DNA from: Antedon mediterranea
Lineage: Eukaryota; Animalia; Echinodermata
Length of the DNA stretch: 64,000 nucleotides
Direction: 5' to 3'
NCBI RefSeq assembly: GCF_964355755.1
Contig: NC_092673.1
Span: 32,857,648-32,921,647 of the forward strand
Below the pieces are notes generated by a model. That model did no database searches and was not told where the DNA came from. It saw only the letters and a program-made list of their open reading frames with translations. A program made the translations under genes and the position numbers. Below are positions 49,501 through 63,440 of this stretch, in pieces; the first letter of the stretch is position 1, and each line of letters begins with the position of its first letter.

Positions 49501-50439
49501 GTTTTTGCATTTTGCTCGCCTATGTCAGATTTAACCATAATTTATATATAGATACATGATTTCTTACTTGTTACCCTCTTGTTTCATGCCAGTATCGATC
49601 CTATTTTGTTTGCATAGACAAACGGTGATGAGTAGCAACAATGATAAAATAGCAGCAATACCTAGAAAGAAATAATAACAAAACTAGGTAGGCATGTAGG
49701 CACAGATGTTTTAAAACAAAGGACTACCATACGTGGATTTTTTTACAGCAACTACTTTAGATTTTCAACTCTGCTTTTCTTCATGGTTATAATAGTAGCG
49801 GGTGATACTAAGTATATGCATCATGTTCAATGTTATTTGGATATTTGTTTTATAAAATTAGTGGTCTATTGATTTTGTTTACGTTTTTGTAAATGATGAA
49901 TAATTATTGACTTGCCAGGTCTTGACAGGCAAGCTGACCCATGTCTAGTTAGTCTGTGTGTGAAAGATGTAAATCTACTGTTGTATTAGGCATACCTAAT
50001 ACATGTTTATTTGTGAGAGGTGTTTTTTCAGAGGAGGCGTTTATTTTTTTTTTACTTTAATATAGTAACATGTATAATCAAATAAATACCCCGGAGATAT
50101 GCATAAATACAACACAATTAAAGTGATAAAATACAGTAAAAAGTGTATAACAATGCTTGGTAAATTGATGTTCAAGGATTTTATTCAAAGCAGGGCGTTT
50201 ATTCGAATAAATACGGTAATTAGCTTAAAATGTCTTTGGCCTGGCAAAGTTGCTACTATAGCATATACATAAAGTACGGTACTGTTTACAAATAACACCA
50301 TTATCCGAAAGATTAAAAGATAAAAAATGATCAAGGTAAGTAATATTGCAAACAAAGTTGATTGCCACATAAGGAGACAACATGTTTAAAATGATAAGGA
50401 TAAAATGTCATACACATACTCTTAGAATTATATAAAATG

Positions 50440-50540
50440 GTCTGGTCTTTTATCAAAATATTCACACTCATCGATAAGACTCTGTAAAACAGTGTTAGAG
50501 GGTGCTAAAAGGACCATATCATCAGCATAAAATAAACTAT
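50440..50540 (-). mobile_element. Tiny LINE RT fragment in the SLC44 intron
   Basis: Minus strand translates to SLFYADDMVLLAPSNTVLQSLIDECE. Confidence 0.7.
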
Positions 50541-51164
50541 CTTACCAAGATGTCACTCCTTACAATTGAGGTACCGATCCAGGTCAGTCGTATATCCAAT
50601 GTATACCAATAACAGCTCTACGCTAGTCTGTATTTCATCAAGATCTCTGTACTGCGTCCAGCAGTAATAAAAACCTATAAAAAAAGTTAATAAATCAAAG
50701 AAACATCTTTTAATTTATAAATGTTAAAATATACCTTACATTACAAATTATTATTATTGAAAAAGAATGTGTTGTTGTTATATAAAAGCAGTCATTAAAA
50801 TGGTTATACATACCCCAGGCAGTGACTGCATAAAGCCCAATGATACCAAATAGAGCCATCGGACGTGCTATAAATCTTTTAAGGACAAAGTAAAGGAAAG
50901 ACGCTAGAATAGCAAACCTACAAGAAAATGTTTCAATTTATTCAATTTTACCTTAACAAAAGAAAATAAACTAACGAAAAAACATTTTTAGAAATGGCTA
51001 TACATGCCGATAATTGAGTATTAGATGGTAAGATAGGCTGACGTGGTTGGACAATTTTGCCTACTGATTCTTAATTGCAGAGCAGTGATACCTTGATTGT
51101 AAGCAGACAAGACCTATTAACGTCCAATTAACATGACAATTAAAATAATGTAACCATGCCATAT

Positions 51165-51235
51165 AACATAATAACATAATAACAGGATTTTTATAGCGCA
51201 CATACCACTCAAGAGTGCTCAAGGCACATTCAAAA
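51165..51235 (-). mobile_element. L2-type LINE/SINE 3' tail
   Basis: Minus strand gccttgagcactc...gtgcgctataaaaatcc followed by (tgttatta)n. Confidence 0.5.
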
Positions 51236-54200
51236 AAATAAAAACAAATCATACAAATGCCTGACAAAAAAAATGCAATTTCTTTGGAGGGTCCCCATCC
51301 GTTCTTGTTCTGTCGCGGTCCCGGACCCCTACCTAGGTGACCAAACAAAGGAGCAGGATACACATTTGCCTTGCCACAGACGACCGGGTGCTCAGAGACA
51401 ACAACCAAGACAGAGGCACCCCAAAGATAATGCTGGTCAGGACAAAGTTTGTTTTGTTTTATTTACGGATTTAAGTTGTCTATCAGTACAGGTTTGATGA
51501 GAGATATTAGCACAACCCACTTTAGATGTATTTGTGCATGCAGTGTTTTTAAATATCTGTTTATATATATATATGCATCCACATGCTAATAATATATACA
51601 TTTTTAAAAATATATATGGATCATGAGATGTGTTAATAACTGTAGAATGGCAAACAAATACGTTAATCACAGTTGAAACTAACATTTTGGTGATCTATAA
51701 ATTTATAAATTGAAAATAAAAACAAAACTAGATAATTTGATGAATAAGTTTCAATGAAGAAAAGATTACAATAATGTTATCATGAATTAGTATAAGGTAT
51801 AAATATATATGTTGTATTATACATAGATGTTTCTACATTCCTATACTGCAAATAGTTTGGTTATCCTTTGTATGTAGAATGTTATAAACCAATACTGTAA
51901 TTATGATGAATTAGATTAGATAATGTATAAATGTAAAAATCATAAAATGAATGAAAAAATGTTAATGATGATCAAATAAAAGTGGGGAACTCAAAAAGAC
52001 AATAAAACAAATTATTTTTTCACAGTGTGGAGTTACAATACTTACAAGATAATTGCATACCAAACTGCGGAAAGGTCTTCCAGAATCATGGTAGAAACGC
52101 TTTGGAAATTTAAGAAAATAATAACGGATCTACAATAAAAGGAAAAACAAACGTATACATGTAAATAAATAATATTTCCCTCGATTGAGAGAAATCTCCT
52201 ATCTGCCATCTCACAAATATGTTATAATAACTATGCTTATGTTCCTACTCGATACTCTTCTACCAAGTGCTTAAGAAAAGTCCACCCGATTGGACTGATT
52301 CTCATACTCAAGAGTTCATAGTATAGCGACACTAAAATGCCGGTAACCAGCAGTTTCTTGTCTCTTGACTATGAACTTTCTTCAACAATAGCAGTACACT
52401 GTCTTTTTGCAAAGAGGGTTTTAAATCTTCATAGTGTTATCTGCCGCAATTCCTCTAAATTCAAAAATTGGTAGTACTGTACCTTCAGCTATACTTTATT
52501 GGCCAATCAGATCATTACTGGACAGAGGAATTGTATTTGCCGATTATTTTCTTAATTAGCATTCATATCAAATATCAAAACTTCAATGTGCTATTTATAC
52601 GTGCATATCATATACATGCAGAGAGATACAAGTCGTTACAATGTTCCCATACCGTAAACGTCGCTTTGTTGCATTAAGGTAAAACTTGCAAGCTATCGGC
52701 CTATACTAGTACTGTATAGTGAAAACTAGCTTCTACCCCTGAGTGAAACAATTGAAAACTAAACAAAAATTGATTTTAACAATAAATCATAGTAAAACAA
52801 CATTTTTAGGTCTAATTTGAGCTCAATGGTCATCTAATCATTAATAGACTTTTTAACCAAAAAATAGGCAAAAGATCTGGCCATTTTCTCCTCTAGCCAT
52901 TCTTTAAAAAAAATCACTACTATATAGGCCTATATAAAACATATTTTTAGGTTTTTTGTTGGTTTTGAAAAATTAACTATTGTTTTGCAATGCAAAATAC
53001 AATTGTGTGAACGATCTTTTGTAAAAATTGACTAAATTTGAACAAGGCATTACTGAGTTATGTGGTCAGAAAGTGGGAAAATATGAAAACGAGGAATTTG
53101 AGGTCAAATATTGAAAATATAGGCCTATATGATTTGGTTAATATGCCTATATCTTTGTTAAAACGCATTTTTTACAAATCTAATTTTGTTCACCATTTTT
53201 TTTCTTTAGGTAGATGTAGTGTATTATAATACATTAATTTTTCACAAATAAAAACAATAGTAGAGGTTATCTAAGATAGATAAGGTAGGTATCCAAGGCG
53301 GAGATTTATACCGAAGTTTTTCCATCGTGCTCGCGCCTATTTATTTAATTTATATATAGATTACTCAGTTAACTAGATTTGAACTCATCAATATGGACGA
53401 ATTAGGTTATCCGCCGCGCAAATGCTATGTGTACGTCATACGTTAGAATATTGCGTACAGAAAAAAGATTATGTCATTGTGACCTGAAGAAAATAAAATG
53501 TTGTTAGTGTGCTTTCTATTTTGTGTCAAAGTGTATATACAGCATACACATACTGTATACATACTACAGTGCAGCATAGGTGAAAAAAACGGGACCCGCC
53601 TTTTATTCTAATTTTTAACATGATGACGTCATTACATGAAACACGTAGATAGCAATTTGAAAGGGAATTATCTGAGTAACAGATTTAATAATCATATTGA
53701 TATTTTTAATGATAGGCTTGGTGATTTTAAGAGGAAGATTATGTGTTCACTTCTTAAACAGCCTGCATAACCTGTTTGATTAATATTATACATTTTAAAA
53801 TGAAATTGTTTATGGCATCCTGATCTATGTTTTTATATATATCTGTATTTTATTGTTAACCGTTTTTGATGTTGTATTGTTTTATGTTTCAAACCTGTTA
53901 GTGGCGGTATTTATCGCTGTTGGTTTTGACTGAATAAAACAAAAAATAAAATAAAAACAACTTATTAAAATTGAAGAAATTTGGATATACGTAGAATATG
54001 GATGCGCGCTTGTTTATATGTGATGAGCTATGAAGCAGAAGATGAAAATACAGTACGACTTTTATAATTCAACTTTACATATGATGACGTTACAATATCC
54101 GATGTGCAAAATTTGTACATGAATTCGTATCTAAAATTCAACAGCTTCCAGAAAATGTTTTATTCACAAGTATCACTTTTAATTCTGAGGAGCTATAACA

Positions 54201-56526
54201 TATTATAATTTACTGTAATGATGAAAATAAATAACCCAGGTAATTCACGCTTTTGGTGACGTCTTCAAAATGTTAAAAATGGTAAATCATGCGAAATAAA
54301 ATTGATTGATTGGAATTCGAATATGTGGAGATGCGCTCTTAATAAATGTGATGAGCTATGAAGAAAGAGACAAATATCCTATATTTCATATTCGAGTGAC
54401 CATACGATGACGTCAGCATGTCCGGTTAGCTGTATTGATGCATGATCCGATACCTACAACTGATCACCTTCGAGAATATGTAATAAAAATGAATTTCAAC
54501 GTTTATTTTAGAAACTCTCACAGTTTTTTCGTCAAAACGCACGCGAATTGCCTAATTCGACGTGCTCGTAGGCCTATGACGTGATATTAAGTCGAAATGG
54601 TTTCAAATTTGTTAGAAATATTAGAAAATGCTAGATAAACATAATCCACGCGGAAATGTTTTTAACGCTACGTGGACTCCGCGCGCGTGGGAAATTTTAC
54701 ATGCCTAAAATTACACATGAAACGTGTGTAGAAAGTTGAGTTTAGAATAAATGTATTAATAAGCTATAATATTTTTCAATTAACACACCCGCCTACATCC
54801 AGGCATTGTGATCGGGTACAATTTCAAGATCACCACCATTAGTTAGGGCTGAGGTAAGGCATTGTTGATGATATAACACACCCACAAATACAACAAAAAA
54901 TGTTTCATTGGGTTTATTTGAGTTTTCTTTAGTATTTTCTATAATACCTAATGAATTATTAAAGAAACCTCAAACATTTGAAATCAACAAAACTGTATGG
55001 CTACATATCAATAGATCCTACTGCATTTCTGAAACTGCCTGCACACATAGTTCAATAAATAATAATACAAACCTTTAAATTTTGTCCGAAATTACACAGC
55101 CACGACGGTTATCAAAGTACGTCATGTTGTCTGATCAAAACGTACCGCAATGTGACGGCTCGTTGTTATTCGTTCAATTTATGGAAATTCTAACTTTGCA
55201 GCAATTGGTTAAAATTGCAAAAGGGCTTTTAGTAATGATTTGCATAACCATAGCGTTCTACAGTCTGACGTCACATATACACATTTTTTCAATGAGTTGC
55301 TAAACAACGAACATTATCTTTGCATAAATTGCAATCGATTGTTAGTAGTCTTTAGCCATGTTGTCATGGTAACTTCTTTGAATATGAAGACAGCTATAAT
55401 ATTGATTATTCTGCATAGGCCTATTGAGTATTATATTAAACGTGGATGATTGTACACACATACAATACATTGCAATTTTTAAATTAAATTATTGTTATTT
55501 TATAGAAAACATCTAATATTAAGTTTAAATACTAAAATTATAATCAAAAGTAAACAGTAGAAAAATAACATGCTAATTTTAAAATGAAAATTTACTAATA
55601 AAATACCAAGCAGCAGTAAAAACAGCAAAAAAGAGGATGCAGAAACAATAACATATTATTTAATATAAAAATGTGTATACTAAACTACAAAGAGTTTTGT
55701 TTTGCCTGATAAATGAAATATTTTCCTAATAATAATAAATTACACATGCCCGTTTTGTGTTGTATAAACTTATGTTGGAACAGCATAATCAACATAGGAT
55801 TTATGTATTATATTAATATTTGTCTTCTATGCATTAATTGTCCTATTTTGATTGCAACAGATACAAGAAAAGGACATTTTAACATTTACTAGGCCTCAAT
55901 ATCCAACTACCTAATGGTGGAATATATTGATCGCATTCAAATTCAGGTAACAAAAGTGATCTCAATATAAGCTTACGTATCGACTTCAGTCGCTTTTTCT
56001 TTGAAAGGTAATAATGATTTTCTTTATTTTGAAAATTGCTAAATTCTAAAGAAAAATTTCATTTAATGGTTATATTAGTAAAAAAAAAACATAAAATTGG
56101 GCGTACAGCATCCTTATTGGAGCTACAGGAATGAAATGTCCATTGACACAAGTATTGTGTTGAAAAGTCAACCGTTACAATAAAACTAAGATGCGTATTA
56201 GTGGGTATATGATTTGTTGAGTTTAGTGGCCACCAATGGTTACTGTTTTTACATTGCCCAGTACGCCTATAATATTGCTTTAGTATTTATTTATATATAT
56301 TTTTTAAATTTTCACCTCACATACCACCTTGCTTAGTTATCTTGTGACCTTTTAAGTAACTATACATTTTATGTACGTAACCAACTACAGAACTAGTTCA
56401 TAGGGGTGTTTTTTTTTCTATTGATTTTAGCTTTACTGGAAATTCCAGCTTAACAGCTATTGGTCCGAAATATACAATACACATGATAACACGCACGCGC
56501 AGTGTAGAATGCATGTATTTATAGAC

Positions 56527-57715
56527 AATTTCAATTTCAATTCATCGACATTTTTATTCCATAATCAAAATAAAAACATATACAAATACAATACAAATAA
56601 TAAGATAATGGAATGGGATACAAAATAAGCACAAGTGCTTTAAGCATGTAACCCTAACAAAAAGATCAAACAATTAGTACAAACAAAAAGAACAAACCAA
56701 AATAATATAATGTGATTTACTTAACTTAAATATTTCTATTGTTATAATATTGCTTTAATCTCTGTTTAAACAAACTTAAAGTGGGGGATTGTTTTATATA
56801 GTCTGTTAAATTGTTCCAAATATGTGTTCCTTGGTAGGAAATACATTGCTGTCCGACTTTGGTGCGTTTTAGTTGTGGACAGTAGTTTGACCTGTTTCTA
56901 GTTGAGTAATTATGGAATGAGGCAGGTGTACTAAATAAGTTATTAAATGATTCAGGTAATAGATTATGTTTATATTGATACATAAATATAGCAGTGTGTT
57001 TTGTATAAAGGTCAACAATATTTAATGTTTGGGTCGAAATAAAAAGTGGATGAGAAGGATGCATAAAATGAACATGACAAATATTTCTAAGTGCTTTTTT
57101 CTGGAGAATATGTATACGGTTTAAGTTTGTAGCAGAAGTAGCACCCCATACTGTGATAGCATACGTTATTCTAGGTAATATAAGTGCATTGTATACCGTT
57201 AAAAAGATTTTACTTGATAACATAGATTTCACTTTGTTTAAGACACCAATTATTCTAGAAATACTGTTTGCTACCTCATTTACATGAAAATTAAACGATA
57301 AAGTTTCATCCAGAAATAAGCCTAGAAATTTAACTTCAGTAGCTTTTACTATACATTCATTTCCCATCCTAAATTCTAGTGAGATAGTGTCAGCTGACTT
57401 ATTTCTAGCCTTAAATATAACATATTTTGATTTGTTTACATTTAGCGTTAATTTGTTAGCAATAAACCAGTCCGAAAGTATAGATAACTCCTGGTTCATT
57501 GTATCAAAAGCTTGAGTAATATCATTGTGACTATAAAACACATTTGTGTCATCTGCATACATAATCATGTCTACATGGTTACATGCTAGACTAATATCAT
57601 TAATGAATATAAGAAATAATAATGACCCATTAACATATCCAAGTATAACACCTACGCATATCAATTGTGATCGGGTATTATATACATTATTCAATTGACT
57701 CTCAATCGCATTCAT
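56527..57715 (-). mobile_element. 5'-truncated CR1-type LINE
   Basis: 329-aa ORF with MYADDTN, LNVNKSKY and HILQKKALR, then a 3' UTR and (ttgaaa)n tail. Confidence 0.9.
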
Positions 57716-57871
57716 ATTCGAAAATAATCAGTACTGGTTCTAATATAACACTTACAAAAGTAGCTTAATAATAAGGCCATTATGATTTTCTATTTTCCAA
57801 CAGGCTCTTAACAATGTGTTGTTTTATAAAATCTCAACGCAACGTACATTTCATGAAACTAATTCGTCGGG

Positions 57872-58690
57872 TTTTTTAGTCGCGTGAAAGCGACTCTATA
57901 GTTCACTATGTCGGTCGGTCGGTCTGTCTGTCTGTCTGTCTGTTTGTCGGTCTGTCTGTCGGTCTGTCTGTCTGTCTGTCTGTCTGTCGGTCCGGTATCA
58001 CTATGCGTTTTATCGCTTTCTGACCTTATCTTGATATCAGTTTAATCTAGCTAGGTCAATTTTTCACAGTATATTCCTTATGGCCAGGAATCAATGTGGT
58101 TATGTTTTTACGGTGCGCAATAAAAAATTACGCGGTCTACGCACGATTTAACGAAATCACGTTTGTAATCATATCTTCACAACCATGAATCACAATTAAA
58201 TAAAATTTGGTACTCATAAATTTCAGGGCATAAATCATCATATGGCAATACAATTACGTGCGTAGCGCATGTAACGCATGCGTACGCGCGCTTTACATTT
58301 TCAAAATTTATTTTCGATGAAATAAGAGTACATTTCAGGTAATTTTAAGCGTTTACAAAATTGCCATGAGTGCGCATATTTTTGCGCGCGCACTGCGCGT
58401 TAAATGTTATTGCGCACTCTTTTTGCCCGATTTCTGTTTTCTTGACTTACTTTTCAACTCGAAATTACGTTATACGAGCACGTCGAAAGTGACAGGCTAC
58501 GCACGTGTAAATTAAAAAAAAAATAAATGTTTTTAAACATTTCAACATTTTTAAACATGTTCAGTAATTTCGGTCAGTATAGTTCACTATGTCGGTCGGT
58601 CGCTCTGTCTGTCTGTCTGTCGGTCTGTCTGTCGGTCCGGTATCACTATGCATTGTAGCACGCGACTTAATGGCTGTTGGCCTTGTTTTT
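57872..58690 (+). mobile_element. HINE/DINE-1-like Helentron derivative, long form
   Basis: 5' ttttagtcgcgtgaaagcgact hairpin, (GTCT/GTCG)n microsatellite, core, then 3' cacgcgact...ggctgttggccttgttttt. Confidence 0.8.
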
Positions 58691-59659
58691 TCTAATTTTA
58701 GTTTTACTGGAATTTCCAGCGTGGCAGCCTGGTTCGAATTATACACGTAGGCGTACACACAAAGAACACTCACGTGCAGTGTAGACAAATGCATTTATTA
58801 AGCCAACATATCAAATTATGACACCTATCACAGTTATCATCGAAAATAATCAGCCCCACCTACATTTTCTTACGCCCAATACTACTTACAAATGTAATTG
58901 CTTTCTTTTTTCCACCTACATAAGCCCTATAACGATATTTTGTTTTATAAAACCTCAACGCAACGTATGAGTATAATCTTAAGTTGGTAGACTGTGATAT
59001 ATTTATATAATAATGTTATTTATAAAGAAAAACGCCCGCCCGCTAAGGAAACAACGTACAAATACACAATAAGTAGAGACTAGTAGCAAGCCTACGTCTT
59101 GGGTTTGTACCGAGTTAAGATAAATAAATGGATACAGCAATGAAGACCCTCGTTGATAATTAAGTCTGATTTAAGTTTCCTACTAACCACATAAGTAAAT
59201 ATATTCGAATTCTCTAATATGAATAAATAAAGCAGTAGTACTGCAATTATAACAAATATAGAAAATTAAATAAATTACGACCAAGTATCATGCCATTAAA
59301 TAATTTGTCACCTGATACTTCAGTACTTTTTTGTCCCATTTTCGTTTTCATTATTACAGTAATAATTTTCATATTTCTGTTTTGTGTTCTATACTGTATG
59401 TATAGGCCTATCTTCAAATTGTTTGAAATAATTCATCAAAGGCACTATGACTAATAAAATACATTTCTCAACCAATGGAATCGATAGGCTCTAATCAAAA
59501 CCGCCCTTCAATATTTTTTTTTCCAATCCCAAATATAATAAATAACATACTAACCTTATTTCCTCTCAGAAAATACAGCAACTACAAAAAAGTTAGTCGG
59601 ACGTTCTTCTAGTTTAAACATTATCTCAATAGTGGTGGTTCGTTGCTTCACACACCCAA

Positions 59660-60360
59660 TCTTATTAATTTGTTTAAAAGTTGAAATTCATTGATTGGTT
59701 AAAGCAGTAGATCAGTTATTTGCATAACTATAAAAATGTACCCAGGTCAGACAAATTGTCTTGTTACTGTGTAACTATTTACTAAAAACACAGACACGGC
59801 GTCGGTTACTAACGAAAAAATCGTGAATAAGCCATGTAACCAGTTAACTCTTTCAGAATCTCTGAAAACACTAATTTCGTGAATAAGCCGTGTAATCACA
59901 GCCAACTCTTCGAAATCCGGACTCTCTGAAAACACAACTTTCTGGCCAACCTCAACCTAAAATGTTCTTATGATTCATAAGTTACCGTATATACTTAATA
60001 CATAATATTGTGATTACATTTGAAATGTGATGGGAATGAAGATGTAAAAATTAAGTGACCCAGAAATCTCGTTGCTTCCTCCAACACAAGTTCCATCCAC
60101 CAATCTCAACTGGGTTGGTATCGGTAACAAGTTCTTCTTGAATATACACTTCGTTCTTTCTAACGCTTGTACTTTCATCGCGTTGTTTATATGACAAATA
60201 CATTAAATCTTAATCTATTTTCCAAATGAGTTTCAAAATTATCAGATGCTTTTTTTGAGTATATTTTAGCTGATAGACCTGGTCTTTTACACTTTCTTTT
60301 GTTTATTTCCAACCACTAAATTGAAATGAAAACATCAATATAACATTGTGTACCTATTCC
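59660..60360 (+). repeat. Diverged direct repeat, copy 1
   Basis: Collinear with 61850-62520; shared blocks include aactataaaaatg.cccaggtcag, gtgaataagccgtgtaatcacag and gcttgtactttcatcgcgttgttta. Confidence 0.85.
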
Positions 60361-61379
60361 CAGGGAAGAAAGAATACTGATACAACAATACAGCATTGTG
60401 TAGCTATTTGAAGTTATCTGTATAGAAATAATATAGGTGATAGCATGATTGAATATCAACAATACATAGCAATATTATAACAATAAAATAGAGATTTTAT
60501 TGTGATTTTGAATTGAATCATTTAAATCTGTGAAATAACTAATGGACGACTTTTATTCTCAGTTTCTGCATTTTGATCGTTTTATTTTACGTGTAACCAT
60601 GGAAATATTTGATAAACAGAGTAATATATTGTTTTATACAAAAGGAGGGTTTTTACGCTAGCGGTGCATTTAGATTTACAGTTTCAAACACTTGTATACT
60701 AACTAATGTATTGGCTGACATCGTTAGAATTACAAGTAAGCAGCTAAGCTGGCGTCTTCATCAGTGTTTTGTTGGTTGAACCTCAATAACTTCGCTTTAT
60801 CTTTACAATGTCCATGCTATTAATATTGTTACGAATTTTTTTCTATAGATTGCAATTTTTAAGGTGCTGGTAAAAATATGAATAAAACATAAATATAGGA
60901 TAAAATAAAAAGTACAATAATCTCTATCTAATTATAGATTCCTTTAATGAACTCCTGATAAAGAACAGCCTAACCTTACATGATCCAGGCACCACATGTG
61001 ATATAAATGAGATGCTGTATTACCCAGTATTCCTATATACCAATACTGTACTTCGATAGATAGTATGTGGAGATACAGCAGTGGGAATCGGGTGTAAAGG
61101 ATGTACATACACCATTTGTACACATTTAAGTAGGCTATGGTATAGCTTTGGTTGTCATAAAATCACGAACTGGTTGTAGATTTCTCCAGCAGTGTGGTCA
61201 GGAAGACTTTGAGTACCTTCCTTGAGATAAATGGGAAAACAGAAGCATTATGTGTAAATGGTTTTGAATAGATACAGTACTATTAATTTCGGCTTTCAGA
61301 TACAAACTTTTTATGTCAAAGTTTACATTATAATTAACAATTCTTATAAAACTCGGAAATTTTTATTCGATTCTGAGCT

Positions 61380-61707
61380 AACAAGACCATGTAGATGGCT
61401 GCAGTCGCGTGCTCAAGTTAGTGTTTACCGACCGACCGACCAACCGACCGACATAGTGAGCTGTAGCTGTAAAAAATAGAATTTAATTGAATAAGTTTCT
61501 TCATGGGATAATCCTGGCTATCACAGTTTAAATCTGTTTATATTTTAGTTTTATTTGTCTATGTATGTATAACTCTGATAGCTAAATATAGACAAATAAA
61601 AATTAGGATAATTTTACTCTACAGTTCACTATGTTGGTCGGTCGGTCGGTTGGTCGGTAAACACTAACTTGAGCACGCGACTGCAGCCATATATATGGCC
61701 TTGTTTT
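61380..61707. mobile_element. Two short HINE copies in inverted orientation
   Basis: 61380-61477 and 61617-61707 are reverse complements over gcagtcgcgtgctcaagttagtgtttaccgacc. Confidence 0.8.
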
Positions 61708-61849
61708 TCTATCAAACAGTTGATCAATTTGATACAATGAAATGGTACAATGCATGCTGGGAAGTAGGCCTACTTATGATGTTTATACTGATCACGTAAT
61801 ATTCATGAAAGTACTGAATAATAATGATAAGAGCAAGAAAGTTTGTTTT

Positions 61850-62520
61850 TTAAATTGAATTTCAGTGATTGATTAAAAATCAGTAAATCAGTTATTTTCA
61901 TAACTATAAAAATGTTCCCAGGTCAGGCAAATTAATTCTTATTTTACTTTCGTATTCTGTAACTACACTAAAATACACATACAAACGCGTCGGTTACTAG
62001 CGAAAAAAAAAAAACTCTCGTGAATAAGCCGTGTAATCACAGTCAACTCTTCGGAATCCAGACTCTCTAAAAACACAACTTTTTGGCCAACCTGAAGCTA
62101 AAAAATGTTATTATGATTCATAAGTATATAATATTGCAATTACATTTGAAATGTTTTGGGAATGAAGAGATAACAATTAGGTGATCAGAAATCTTGTTGC
62201 TTCTTCCAACACACTTTCCACCCTCCCTTTTTTCAACAAGATTGGTATCGGTAACCATGTTCTTTTTGTAGGCCCCTACTTTAAATCCGCTTCGTTCTTT
62301 TAATTGCCAAGCTTGTACTTTCATCGCGTTGTTTATGACAACAAATTGAATCTTAATCTTAATCAATTACAGTTGTCTTTAGGCCTATTGTCTTATTTTA
62401 AATTTTACTTGAATTTCACAATTATTCAATGTTTTTTCGAGTCTGTTTTAGCTGATGGACCGGTCTTTTTATACACGTTTGTTTAGTGAACTGAAAACAT
62501 CAATATAAAATTATGCATCT
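61850..62520 (+). repeat. Diverged direct repeat, copy 2
   Basis: Collinear with 59660-60360. Confidence 0.85.
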
Positions 62521-62584
62521 ATTACACAGCGGCAATAAAGACTCATCAATTTTACGTAGATATGAACACTTTTAATAAATAAAC

Positions 62585-63440
62585 AATTCAATTCAATTCA
62601 AAGCAACATTTATTTTCTCCTTTCACATACAAAATTGATTTCAGTGATCAATAAATATGTAAACAAAATTTGGAAAGAAGAAGGTACACGCCCAGAAAGA
62701 TGAAAAACACATCTTGTGGAGGACGTACCTATTACAGACACAGACAATGAAAATTTATAAAATAAAAAAAATAAATAAATAAATAAATTTACCGAGGAAA
62801 AGTTAATATTTGGCAATAAGGTGACTTTTAAGTTTAGATAAAAATGATTTACTAGAAACAGATCGAGTTTAAGATGGGGAGTGGCAGATCGTTCCAAAAA
62901 GTGGGTCCGGAATACCTAATGTTGTGTTGAAAGTGGTTGGTTTTATGGGTTGGAATATGTAATTTTGAACAAATACGGGTATTATGATAATGAATTGAAG
63001 AATTTGGAGTGAACATGGAGCAGAGATGTTTGGGAAGGTTGGAATTAATAGAAGAAAAGATGAACGAGCCTTGTTGGGTTAGATTGATATCGGAGACATT
63101 GAAAAGATTAAGCTTTAAAAAAAGATGAGATGAATGAGACAGGGGTGGGGCGCCAGATATAACCCTGATGGCCTTTTTTTGAAGAGTTTGAAGTTTTTTA
63201 ATACTGGAAGGATAAGAGTTGCACCAGACAATATTGCAATAGTTAAGATAAGGCAGGATGAGGGAGCAGTACAGGATACGAAGAATGTTAGGGGGTGAAA
63301 AAGAAGAAAGTCTAGTGATGATGCCAAGACTTTTTGAAATTTTATTCTCAACAAAATTGATGTGATTTTTCCATGAAAGTCGACTGTCAAGATGAACTCC
63401 TAAAAATGTAGCAGATTGGACTGAGGGAATATCATGATTT
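62585..63440 (-). mobile_element. 5'-truncated CR1-type LINE
   Basis: FLGVHLDSRLSWKNH...LQKKAIR...YSGPTFWNDLP, then a 3' UTR and (ttgaa)n tail. Confidence 0.9.

Larger units (their letters stand above)
49568..52454 (-). pseudogene. SLC44A: Choline transporter-like (SLC44A2/4/5-type) gene fragment; five exons at 52454-52249, 52129-52046, 50917-50814, 50674-50546 and 49661-49568
   Basis: AG/GT-bounded exons; the last four have compatible phases and translate to FLNFQSVSTMILEDLSAVWYAIIL / FAILASFLYFVLKRFIARPMALFGIIGLYAVTAWG / FYYCWTQYRDL...GYTTDLDRYL...* / IAAILSLLLLITVCLCKQNRIDTGMKQEGNK, matching the CTL TM2-TM4 region. There is a stop in exon 4 and a heavily degenerate exon 1. Confidence 0.8.

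Noticed and set aside
52675-54760. Probable MITE/Helentron-like repeat patchwork
   Set aside because: Internal repeats are visible but termini and TSDs could not be defined.
60320-60336. ISRE/IRF-like GAAA-N-GAAA motifs (also near 62486 and 52720)
   Set aside because: Expected by chance in very AT-rich DNA and far from any defined transcription start.
60972-61221. AG/GT-bounded minus-strand segment
   Set aside because: The frames contain stops and no recognisable protein similarity.
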